This document shows, piece after piece, positions 18,719-26,586 of a DNA stretch of 64,000 nucleotides. The DNA is from Elusimicrobia bacterium RIFOXYA12_FULL_51_18 (GTDB lineage: Bacteria; Elusimicrobiota; Elusimicrobia; Elusimicrobiales; UBA9959), in assembly GCA_001800245.1 (NCBI GenBank), contig MGVA01000043.1, positions 29,098 through 93,097 on the forward strand, read 5' to 3'. The notes under the pieces are model-generated. The model made no database searches. It had not been told where the DNA came from and saw nothing but the letters and a program-made list of their open reading frames with translations. A program made the translations under genes and the position numbers. Numbering within the stretch: the stretch's first letter is position 1; each line of letters begins with the position of its first letter.

Positions 18719-19122
18719 TGCGGTCTCTGTCTGGATTTCTTGACAGTAAGGAAGTTTTCCTGAAATCGGATATAACGGATATGAATGCGGAGGAAATAGA
18801 AAAGCTATTTCCTCCGCTTGGTTTTTTTGCATTCCGTCTGGACGGAGCCGGCGTTAAAAGCAAGGGGGAACTGCTGGGTGTGCTTGCCGCCGGCCTTAAA
18901 TTCCCCGCCTATTTCGGTTACAATTGGGACGCCCTGCTGGACTGCCTGCGGTCCTTGCCCGATTTTATCCAGGCCCGCGGCTACGTCCTGATAATAGAGC
19001 GGTTCGACCTCTTTATGAAAGATTCTCCGGCCGACCTTGAGGATTTTAGGGATATCGCTGAGACAGCCGCCGGATTCCTTGCGGAAAAATACAAGCTCCC
19101 GTTTAAGATAATAACGCTATGA
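18715..19122 (+). CDS. barstar-family ribonuclease inhibitor
   Basis: 135 aa with a 4-nt overlap onto the RNase gene. FPAYFGYNWDALLDCLRSL matches the barstar motif (P.YYG.N.DALWDCL). Confidence 0.75.
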   Translation: MMRSLSGFLDSKEVFLKSDITDMNAEEIEKLFPPLGFFAFRLDGAGVKSKGELLGVLAAGLKFPAYFGYNWDALLDCLRSLPDFIQARGYVLIIERFDLFMKDSPADLEDFRDIAETAAGFLAEKYKLPFKIITL

Positions 19123-19904
19123 AGCTGATGAAACTCGCTCTCTTAGCGTTTTTTGTATTTTCATTCTGCGTGCCTGCCTCCGCCGGCGGTCTGTCTGTGG
19201 ATAATCCGCGCATTAAAATTGCCCGGCGGGCAGGCAAGCCGGTCCGGTTTAAGACTTCGGATGGCTGCGCTTTGGAAGCTTTTTATCAGCCCGCTTCTTC
19301 AGGCTCATATGTGTTTGTGAATGTTCATGGCCTGGGCTCCAGCGGCGGTGAGTGGACGGTTTTGGAAGCCGGATTAAGAAAAAGAGGTTATGGCTATCTT
19401 TCTATCGATCTCCGAGGGCATGGAAAGAGCCTGGAGTGCGGGGGTAAACCGGTTAATTATAAAACTTTTTCCGCAGTTCAATGGGTCGGGCTTTCCGCGG
19501 ATATACTGGCCGCGGCGGAATTCCTTAAAGGCAGAAAGGTTCCATCCAGTCGTCTGGTGCTGTGCGGCGCCAGCATCGGGGCCAATCTCTCCCTTAAGAC
19601 CGTAGCGGAGGGGTTGCGTCCCGCAGGCATTGTTCTCCTGTCCCCGGGCATGTCATACGCCGGAATAGAGCCTGGTTTTTTTTTAGACGAACTGGTCGCC
19701 ATCCCGTTGCTGCTGGCCGCGTCGAAGGACGATCCTTATGCCTGGGATAGCGCCGGCGCTTTGGCTGCGCGTGCGAAGTTCAAAAATATCCCGGTCATTT
19801 TCAGAGCTGGTCCCGGCGGCCACGGCGCAAACATGCTTTCTGAAACCCGGGCAGAACTTCTTAATGATATTCTTAACTGGGCGGATAAGCTCCGCGTAAA
19901 ATAA
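19119..19904 (+). CDS. secreted alpha/beta-fold hydrolase
   Basis: 261 aa with a signal peptide (LALLAFFVFSFCVPASA), HGLGSSGGEW, DLRGHGKS, the nucleophile elbow GASIG, and a C-terminal GGHG. Confidence 0.7.
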   Translation: MKLMKLALLAFFVFSFCVPASAGGLSVDNPRIKIARRAGKPVRFKTSDGCALEAFYQPASSGSYVFVNVHGLGSSGGEWTVLEAGLRKRGYGYLSIDLRGHGKSLECGGKPVNYKTFSAVQWVGLSADILAAAEFLKGRKVPSSRLVLCGASIGANLSLKTVAEGLRPAGIVLLSPGMSYAGIEPGFFLDELVAIPLLLAASKDDPYAWDSAGALAARAKFKNIPVIFRAGPGGHGANMLSETRAELLNDILNWADKLRVK

Positions 19905-19930
19905 AAACCCCGCTTGAAGCGGGGGTTTTG
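19905..19930 (+). terminator. rho-independent terminator after the hydrolase gene
   Basis: Immediately after stop 19902-19904 comes aaaaCCCCGCttgaaGCGGGGgtttt, a GC stem (19908-19913 / 19919-24) with a 5-nt loop and a T-run. Confidence 0.6.
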
Positions 19931-20486
19931 CGGGGGAACCTTATCCGATTCATTTCCGTGCGCCGGCTTTATGTTTCGGTAAGACAAGCCTTAGTTTCCC
20001 GTTCCTCCTTCCTGGTCCCCGCCGCCATCAATAACCCGTTCTTAACGCTTACCTTGAGGATTTTTCTCAAACCCCGGGTTCTTTAACGACGATCTCAAGG
20101 GCCGAGCCTTTGTCTGCCGTCGTAATTCCGGCAGTTTTTAGATTCCACCCGATGGAAAGACGGTGAAGAAAGCATCATCATACGATATCACCAGGCTGGT
20201 TGCCGGGTCCCTGATAATACATCACATATAATTGGCAATCAGAAGTTAGGATTGCTTATCATGGATTTGTTTATACTCTAGACCTTCATTATGACATTGA
20301 AAAACACGCTTTTATGTATTAGACTATAACTGCTGAGTTCCAGAATACATGGTCTGGCAATTATGGTTTTTCAAAAAATGACCTATTGGGCATCAAGGTC
20401 GGGGAACCCTTAGGATTGTGTCCGCCTGGCTAGATCCTGCTAAAGGGGCGCCGATTCCCTGTAAGGGGTGCCGCCAAGGGGGTTTT

Positions 20487-21200
20487 ATGGATAACGAGAA
20501 TATAGTAACCCTGCAGCTACAATTTACCAGGAGGAAAGCATTCCTCCTTTTGACGTTTTTTTTCATCTGTTGGCATCCCGGCTTCCTGGGGTCTGAAACC
20601 TTAACCTTAACCACGTATTATCCGGCGCCCTACGGTGGCTACGCCAGTCTTCTTACCACCGGTCAGACCCTTCTAGCCAGGGATGGAGGCAACGTCGGAA
20701 TCGGGACTCCCAGCCCCGGATACAAGCTTACCGTGCGGGGCGGCATAGGCGGCAATTACGGTCTCACTCCGAATTATACTACTTGGGCTAGTTATTCAGT
20801 AGGTGACGGAGGCGCCGCTGTCTATAATGATGCCAACGCGTATAAAACCTTAATGTTAGTGGGGAACAATTCGGCCGGCGGAGTTCGCAAGGTAGGGGTT
20901 TGGGATGATTTCACCGTTAACGGCAATTCATATGTTTCAGGAAGTATGACCGTTAACGGCAACCTGAGCGTTAACGGTGTGATCACAGGCATGTGCCAGT
21001 TACGCCCCTATGCCCAAACCGGCACGACCTCTTGTCTCAGGGCGGATGAAAGGGTTATCACATGGTATGGAGACGGGAACCCGGATTCCGGCATGCTTCT
21101 TCGCGCGGTGGGGCTTGATATAACAAATGCTCAGGCGTGGAGGATGGTGGGGTTGGCCGCCGACCGCGCCGGGAATATGTTGTGCTGCAGGATACAATAG
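20487..21200 (+). CDS. hypothetical membrane-anchored Gly/Thr-rich protein
   Basis: ORF 20418-21200 trimmed to ATG 20487, preceded by an AAGGGGG RBS. It has an N-terminal hydrophobic helix AFLLLTFFFICW, then TLTTYYPAPYGGY...GNVGIGTPSPGYKLTV, Gly/Asn-rich repeats and a C-terminal Cys cluster. I recognise no family. Confidence 0.5.
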   Translation: MDNENIVTLQLQFTRRKAFLLLTFFFICWHPGFLGSETLTLTTYYPAPYGGYASLLTTGQTLLARDGGNVGIGTPSPGYKLTVRGGIGGNYGLTPNYTTWASYSVGDGGAAVYNDANAYKTLMLVGNNSAGGVRKVGVWDDFTVNGNSYVSGSMTVNGNLSVNGVITGMCQLRPYAQTGTTSCLRADERVITWYGDGNPDSGMLLRAVGLDITNAQAWRMVGLAADRAGNMLCCRIQ

Positions 21201-21284
21201 GGCCCTCCTGCAATACTTGCGGGAATTCCGTATTAAGGACAGCGGCTTTATCTCCCGGAAGGGAGCCGCCTAAAGGAGAGGAAC

Positions 21285-21767
21285 TTGAAAAAGCAGGAAA
21301 ATAAAACGATCGCTGTCAGGGCCAGCCTTAAGGATCAGAACCTTGATGTGGTCCGTTATGCCGCGTACGCCGTGAGCGACGCGGCGTATGTTTTTATAAA
21401 ACCGGCCGGCAAGCGCGCTGTGGCGCTTGAGTTTACTCCAAAAAGTGCCGCCGCGGCAAAAGACCTGCTCCGGCGCTTTAAGGAGGAGCTGGCGGATGAA
21501 CAAAAGCGCGCAGCCATTTTTGCCTCGAACCGTGACTTGAGGGAATTCATGATCCTGAAAGCGCTCGCGTACGAAGAAATTCCTCCCTCAGGACAGCGGG
21601 AAGATTCCGGCCTCACGCCGGAACAGGAGCGCGAACTGGACGCTTTGATAGCGCAGGTTGAAAGCGAGATAAAGAAGGAATCATTCGGGAAAAAGGTTAA
21701 AGACCCGCTTGGCATTACCAGGACATGGGAAGAAAAATATGGCGCAAAAACAGGCCGCAAAAAATAA
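21285..21767 (+). CDS. HxsD-like small protein with acidic C-terminal extension
   Basis: TTG start preceded by a strong RBS aaaggagag. 160 aa. It is paralogous by eye to 23193-23483 (VRYAAYAVSDAAYVFI vs VKLAAFVFSDKADIRI; ...ELADEQKR...ILKAL vs ...EVLNQQCR...VTKAL). It sits directly upstream of an HxsB-like gene. Confidence 0.4.
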   Translation: MKKQENKTIAVRASLKDQNLDVVRYAAYAVSDAAYVFIKPAGKRAVALEFTPKSAAAAKDLLRRFKEELADEQKRAAIFASNRDLREFMILKALAYEEIPPSGQREDSGLTPEQERELDALIAQVESEIKKESFGKKVKDPLGITRTWEEKYGAKTGRKK

Positions 21768-23193
21768 TAAATCTCAGCTTCTGTTGCCGCAGGCGCTGTG
21801 GCAAAAGATAGGAGCGAATTACCTGCTCACGAATGATTCCGGCCATTATGCGTGGCTTAAGGAAAAAGATTTCGCTCTGGTAACAGCCGGTAAAATGGCG
21901 GAAAAAGATCCGCTTTTCGCGGAGTTGGCGGCCAAGGGTTTTATCAGGAACCGGTTGGATTTTAACGACCTGGCCGCCAAGTGGAAAAAGAAGAACGCAT
22001 ATTTATATTATGGTCCGGGCCTGCATATCCTTGTGATGACGCTCAGGTGCGGCAATAAATGTCTTTATTGCCAATCAGCCGCCGCCGGATTGGGAGCCAA
22101 GCACACCGACATGCCCCTGGCTGTGGCGCGCAAAAGCGTGGATCTCGCTTTTAATTCTCCGAATCCCGGCATCACTATAGAGTTTCAGGGAGGGGAACCG
22201 CTGCTGAATTGGGAGGTGCTGAAAAACACTGTGCTGTATGCGCGCAAAAAGGCGCGGATCGCCGGCAAGGACTTAAAACTGGCGCTGGTCTCCAACTTCA
22301 GTCTGATGACCGTGGAAAAAGCCGAGTTTCTCCTCAAGCAGGAGGTTTCAATCTGCACCTCGCTGGACGGCCCGAAGGCCTTGCATGACAAGAACCGGGT
22401 CTCTTCCTCCGGCAGTTCTTACGATGACACCATAAAGTGGATAAAATTTTTCCAGGCCCGGCATGATAAACAGGTTCCGGAATACCGGGTGTTTAAGCCA
22501 AGCGCCCTGTTGACCGTCTCACGTTATTCACTCTCAGGCCACAAGGAGATAATAGACGAATATGTCGGGATGGGGCTTGAGGATATCTTCATCAGGCCGC
22601 TTGCGCCCATAGGATATGCCTGGAGGCTCTGGGACAAGATCGGCTATGACGCCAAAGATTTCTCGATTTTTTATTTGAAGAGTCTGGATTATATCCTGAA
22701 ACTCAATCAGCGCGGCGTGGTTATCAGGGAGAAAATGGCTTCTATGATGCTGGATAAGATCGTTAATTTCCGCGACCCCGGCTACCTTGACGCGCGCTGT
22801 CCGTGCGGCGCGGCCATAGGCCAATTGGCTTACAACTATAACGGCGATATTTATACCTGCGACGAGGGCCGTATGGTAGGCTGGGAAGGCAACGATCTTT
22901 TCCGCATCGGCAATGTTTTCACCGACAGCTATAAAAAGGTCATGAACTCCGCGACCACCAAGGTTTGCGTGGTTTCTTCCAACCTTGAGGCCCAGCCGGT
23001 TTGCGCCCGCTGCGCGTATAAGCCCTACTGCGGCGTATGCCCGGTCTATAATTACGAGACCCAGGGATCTTTATGGGGGAATATGCCCGCCAACGACCGT
23101 TGCGGACTTTTTAAAGGAATATTTAAAGCGCTGTTCATGCTTTTAAAAAACCCTGAAAAGGCCGCTATACTTAAAAAATGGGTGGCAAAATAA
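21739..23193 (+). CDS. hxsB: radical SAM/SPASM peptide maturase, HxsB-like (copy 1)
   Basis: ORF 21709-23193. I prefer ATG 21739 by alignment with copy 2. It has CGNKCLYC, FQGGEPLLNW, and a C-terminal SPASM region RCPCGA...YTCDEGRM...CARCAYKPYCGVCPVYNY. The N-terminal YLLTNDSGHYAWL...F module is as I recall for HxsB-type maturases. Confidence 0.7.
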   Translation: MAQKQAAKNNKSQLLLPQALWQKIGANYLLTNDSGHYAWLKEKDFALVTAGKMAEKDPLFAELAAKGFIRNRLDFNDLAAKWKKKNAYLYYGPGLHILVMTLRCGNKCLYCQSAAAGLGAKHTDMPLAVARKSVDLAFNSPNPGITIEFQGGEPLLNWEVLKNTVLYARKKARIAGKDLKLALVSNFSLMTVEKAEFLLKQEVSICTSLDGPKALHDKNRVSSSGSSYDDTIKWIKFFQARHDKQVPEYRVFKPSALLTVSRYSLSGHKEIIDEYVGMGLEDIFIRPLAPIGYAWRLWDKIGYDAKDFSIFYLKSLDYILKLNQRGVVIREKMASMMLDKIVNFRDPGYLDARCPCGAAIGQLAYNYNGDIYTCDEGRMVGWEGNDLFRIGNVFTDSYKKVMNSATTKVCVVSSNLEAQPVCARCAYKPYCGVCPVYNYETQGSLWGNMPANDRCGLFKGIFKALFMLLKNPEKAAILKKWVAK

Positions 23194-23483
23194 TGAAGAC
23201 GAATAAAGGCGCGAAGGAAATATTTCTAGACGCCGGGATTTATTCCGGCGAAGCCGTAAAGCTGGCGGCTTTTGTGTTTTCCGACAAGGCGGATATACGG
23301 ATCGTTCCGGGCAAAAACGTTTTTAAAATCTCGGTACGCGCGGAAAACGCCGAGCGCGCGGCCGGAGAGTTCCTGAACGAGGTTCTGAACCAGCAGTGCA
23401 GGATAGACCTCGCGAAGAAAAATTCCAAAATAGCCGGCATTATAGTAACAAAGGCGCTTTTGTCCGCTGCCGGTGAAAAATAG
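23193..23483 (+). CDS. HxsD-like small protein
   Basis: ORF 23178-23483 trimmed to ATG 23193 (TAATG overlap with the HxsB-like stop). 97 aa. FLNEVLNQQ resembles the LLNDYxLRE motif that names the HxsD family (from memory). Confidence 0.5.
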   Translation: MKTNKGAKEIFLDAGIYSGEAVKLAAFVFSDKADIRIVPGKNVFKISVRAENAERAAGEFLNEVLNQQCRIDLAKKNSKIAGIIVTKALLSAAGEK

Positions 23484-23566
23484 TTCCTTTCCAAAAATCG
23501 TGCTTCCCCGGCGGCCCGTGGCAAAGGTCATCAATGACCGTGATTTTCTGTTAAGCGGGTCATAGC

Positions 23567-24490
23567 GTGTTTTATATCCGATCCGGCTCCTGCTCTATGC
23601 CTGATATAGCGTTCTGGAATAAATGCAATAACAAGTGTGTTATGTGTACTAATGCGCCGGAGTTCGCGGCCCAGGATCCCGCCCAGTACGGCCTTAAACG
23701 TCAGGTTGAGAAGCTGGAGCGGTATCTTAAAGGGCTCGGGCCGATCTATCTGAAGAACGCGGACAAAGCGGATTTTATAAGTCTGACAGGCGGAGAGCCG
23801 ACCCTCCATCCGGATTTTTTCAGGCTGCTGGTTTATTTCAGGAAAAGACTTCCCGGAATAAATATTACGCTGCTTTCCAACGGCCGCAGATTCGCCGATA
23901 AAAATTTTACCCGCCGGTTGTTAAAAGCGGCCAAGTCCCCGTTTACCGCGGCTGTGGCGGTTCATGGCGCTTCGGCCCGGGTCCATGACAAGGTGGCCGG
24001 GGTGAAAGGGGCTTTTAAGGAGACCATAAAAGGATTGAAAAACTTGTCGGACGGATTTGAAAGGCAGGCCGGACAGCTGGAAATAAGGATAGTTCTGCAC
24101 CGGTTGAATGTCGGGGAACTTGAAAAAATACTGGAGTTTCTGCTTAAGCGCTTTCCGGTCGTAGCCCGCTACAGGGTTGTGGTCATGCACTATGAGATAG
24201 AGGGGATGTCTTTTGAAAATCATGACCGCCTAGCGCTTAGTCTTTCCGAATCGGCAAACGCGATCAACGCCGCCGGCCCTTTGATAAAGCGGTTCCCGGA
24301 TCTCAGACTTTACCACTTCCCGCTCTGTCTGGTGGGCAGGGAACTAAGAAGCCGGTGCTGGATAACATTGCCTCCGGAAGACCGGGTTTATTCCGAAAAA
24401 TGCGCCAAGTGCCGCGCCGGGAAAAAGTGCCTGGGGCTTATGCTCGAGTATTACAGAAAATTCGGCGACGGCGAACTTAAACTTTTATGA
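23567..24490 (+). CDS. radical SAM protein in the HxsC position (short-form family)
   Basis: 307 aa with CNNKCVMC, TGGEPTLHP and the C-terminal CAKCRAGKKCLGLMLEYYRKFG tail. It follows the hxsD-B-D-like genes. Confidence 0.75.
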   Translation: MFYIRSGSCSMPDIAFWNKCNNKCVMCTNAPEFAAQDPAQYGLKRQVEKLERYLKGLGPIYLKNADKADFISLTGGEPTLHPDFFRLLVYFRKRLPGINITLLSNGRRFADKNFTRRLLKAAKSPFTAAVAVHGASARVHDKVAGVKGAFKETIKGLKNLSDGFERQAGQLEIRIVLHRLNVGELEKILEFLLKRFPVVARYRVVVMHYEIEGMSFENHDRLALSLSESANAINAAGPLIKRFPDLRLYHFPLCLVGRELRSRCWITLPPEDRVYSEKCAKCRAGKKCLGLMLEYYRKFGDGELKLL

Positions 24491-25644
24491 AATTTTTCGG
24501 GCTCGCGGCCCTCTCCGTCTTCGCCGTCTGGTCTGTGGCCGTGGTGAATATAGATATGGCTGTAAAGAGGATCCCGAACGTCAAGATCGTGCTCGGGGTC
24601 AAACTTCTACTGCTGGCGTTGGGGCTGCTACTGTTGAATTCCTATATGGGAACCCGCGGCGCCGTGTCTAGTTACCTGAACTGGAATTTCTATCTCTTAT
24701 GGTGCGCGCATCTTGCCTGGGCGGTCCTGGCCGGAGTGACGCTATGGTACTCGGAGATCTGGCCGGCCGGCGACGCCAAGTTTTTTATACTGGTCGCGGC
24801 CTGGCTGCCCCTCATAAATCCGTACCTGAAAAATTTCCCGAACTATATTTCCCTAGGCCTGCTGGTGAACATCTTCGTGATGGCCGCGCTGGCGGCGGTC
24901 GGCGGGTTTTTCGCCTCCGGATTTTACCAGGCACGCCCGGCCGATTTTTTTAAGGAGCTGTCCGGCGATATTAAAAAACGTTTTGCGGGTCTGGCCGGCG
25001 GGAGCGAAAATAATAAATGGGCTATTACGGCCTATCTCGCCAATATGACTTTTCTTTTTCTCCTCCAGCAGATCTTCAACACCGAAAGCAGGCATTTCCT
25101 GAGCCGGTTCCTGGCCCGGGCCGATATTATTTATTTTTTTCTCTTCTTTCTGTGGGATAAGATCGGGAACGTGTTTGCCGGCAGAAAGTGGATGATAGCG
25201 ATCACGGCCGGCTATATTATCTATTTCTTCACCGGCTATGTTTATTTCTATGACAGGCTGGCGGCGTTTACCCTGTATTCCCTGGGGAATGTTTTCAGGT
25301 TCAGTATGCTGCTTTTTTTCGGCAGATTTATGCTGGAATTTCTCATGGAGAAAAAAGACACTGTTTACATCGGTCCCGGAGAGCTTCAGGCAGGCATGAT
25401 ACTTTCGGCCAAAACGGCCAGGATCCTGAAGGCCAATACGTCTTTTGAAGGGGCTTTTGACGATTGCTTCAAGGATGGCCTAAGCGAAGAGCAGGTGGGG
25501 TTGCTTAGGGATTGGATGGAAAAATTGCCCTTGCGGGAGCCCAAGATAGAAATGGTAAAGGGCCGTCCGTTCGCTTTATGGATATTCGCTGGAGCCGTGT
25601 TCACGCTCCTGTTCGATAAAAATATTGTAAAGCTGCTCATGTGA
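24487..25644 (+). CDS. polytopic membrane protein with prepilin-peptidase (A24 aspartic protease)-like N-terminal half
   Basis: 385 aa with an ATGA overlap onto the upstream rSAM gene and many hydrophobic helices. NIDMAVKRIPN (Asp23) and WPAGDAKFFILVAAWLP (Asp96) match the two catalytic-Asp motifs D-x4-R-I-P-N and G-D-x-K of CpaA/TadV/PilD-type peptidases. Confidence 0.55.
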   Translation: MKFFGLAALSVFAVWSVAVVNIDMAVKRIPNVKIVLGVKLLLLALGLLLLNSYMGTRGAVSSYLNWNFYLLWCAHLAWAVLAGVTLWYSEIWPAGDAKFFILVAAWLPLINPYLKNFPNYISLGLLVNIFVMAALAAVGGFFASGFYQARPADFFKELSGDIKKRFAGLAGGSENNKWAITAYLANMTFLFLLQQIFNTESRHFLSRFLARADIIYFFLFFLWDKIGNVFAGRKWMIAITAGYIIYFFTGYVYFYDRLAAFTLYSLGNVFRFSMLLFFGRFMLEFLMEKKDTVYIGPGELQAGMILSAKTARILKANTSFEGAFDDCFKDGLSEEQVGLLRDWMEKLPLREPKIEMVKGRPFALWIFAGAVFTLLFDKNIVKLLM

Positions 25645-25659
25645 TAAAAATCAGGGATA

Positions 25660-26586
25660 ATGAAAGAAAAGACTAAAAAGCACAAAATAGTCCTGTTTGC
25701 CGGTTATGCCTGCAGCAACCGCTGCGTGTTCTGCGTGAACGCGGACAAACGCGGCCTGCCGGGAAAGACGACCGGTGAGCTGTTGTCTTCAATTTATGCC
25801 GCCCAAAAAAAAGGCGCGGATGTGCTGGAGATCATAGGCGGCGAAGCCACCATGCGGCCGGATTTTACCGCGTTAGTGCGCGCCGCCAAGGATGTCGGTA
25901 TAGCCGAGGTGGTCTGCGCCACCAACGGCCGGGTGTTCGCCGATATGGCCATGGCCAGAGCCATAGTCGGGGCGGGGATAGACGCGCTTGTCTTTTCCAT
26001 ACATGGGCCGTCCGCCGCGATACACGACGCGCTGACGGCGAGTCCGGGCAGCTTTTCGGAATTGATGAAGGGCCTGGCCAATCTTAAAAAACTGGGGTTT
26101 AAACGCGTGGGAGGCAATACCACGGTGGTTAAAGGCAATATGCGCGCGCTCCCGGCCTTGGCCGGACTCTATGTACGGCTTGGAATCCGGAACGTGGAAT
26201 ATATATTCGTGGACCCGAATTATGGCGGAGCCAGGAACGATTTTTCCGGATTGGTCCCCAAAATATCTTCGGCGGCTCCGTATATGAGGAAGGCTCTTGG
26301 CATAGGCCTTGCCGCAGGATTTGACCAATGGAAGGCGCGATACGTGCCGCTCTGCCATTTCAGGGGTTTTGAGGCGCAGATAAGCGAAATGAACGAGCGG
26401 CGGCTTTTTCACACCGAGCATTGGGCTCCGGATTTTATAAATACCGATGCTATAGTCTCACGCGGAGTTGTGGGGCGCCGTCGCACGGAGGCTTGCAAAG
26501 GCTGCGCGCGGTTCCATGTCTGCGAAGGGCTCTGGGTTGAATACCTTAAGCGTTATGGCGATCATGAATTGAAGGCGATTAAATGA
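25660..26586 (+). CDS. radical SAM protein (short-form family; paralogue of 43980-44903)
   Basis: 308 aa with CSNRCVFC, GGEATMRPD and the C-terminal CKGCARFHVCEGLWVEYLKRYG. Confidence 0.85.
   Translation: MKEKTKKHKIVLFAGYACSNRCVFCVNADKRGLPGKTTGELLSSIYAAQKKGADVLEIIGGEATMRPDFTALVRAAKDVGIAEVVCATNGRVFADMAMARAIVGAGIDALVFSIHGPSAAIHDALTASPGSFSELMKGLANLKKLGFKRVGGNTTVVKGNMRALPALAGLYVRLGIRNVEYIFVDPNYGGARNDFSGLVPKISSAAPYMRKALGIGLAAGFDQWKARYVPLCHFRGFEAQISEMNERRLFHTEHWAPDFINTDAIVSRGVVGRRRTEACKGCARFHVCEGLWVEYLKRYGDHELKAIK

Noticed and set aside
18152-18832. A 226-aa minus-strand ORF lies opposite the barnase-like gene.
   Set aside because: It is antisense to an ORF with a clear catalytic-domain motif and a coupled barstar gene, and its translation has no recognisable features.
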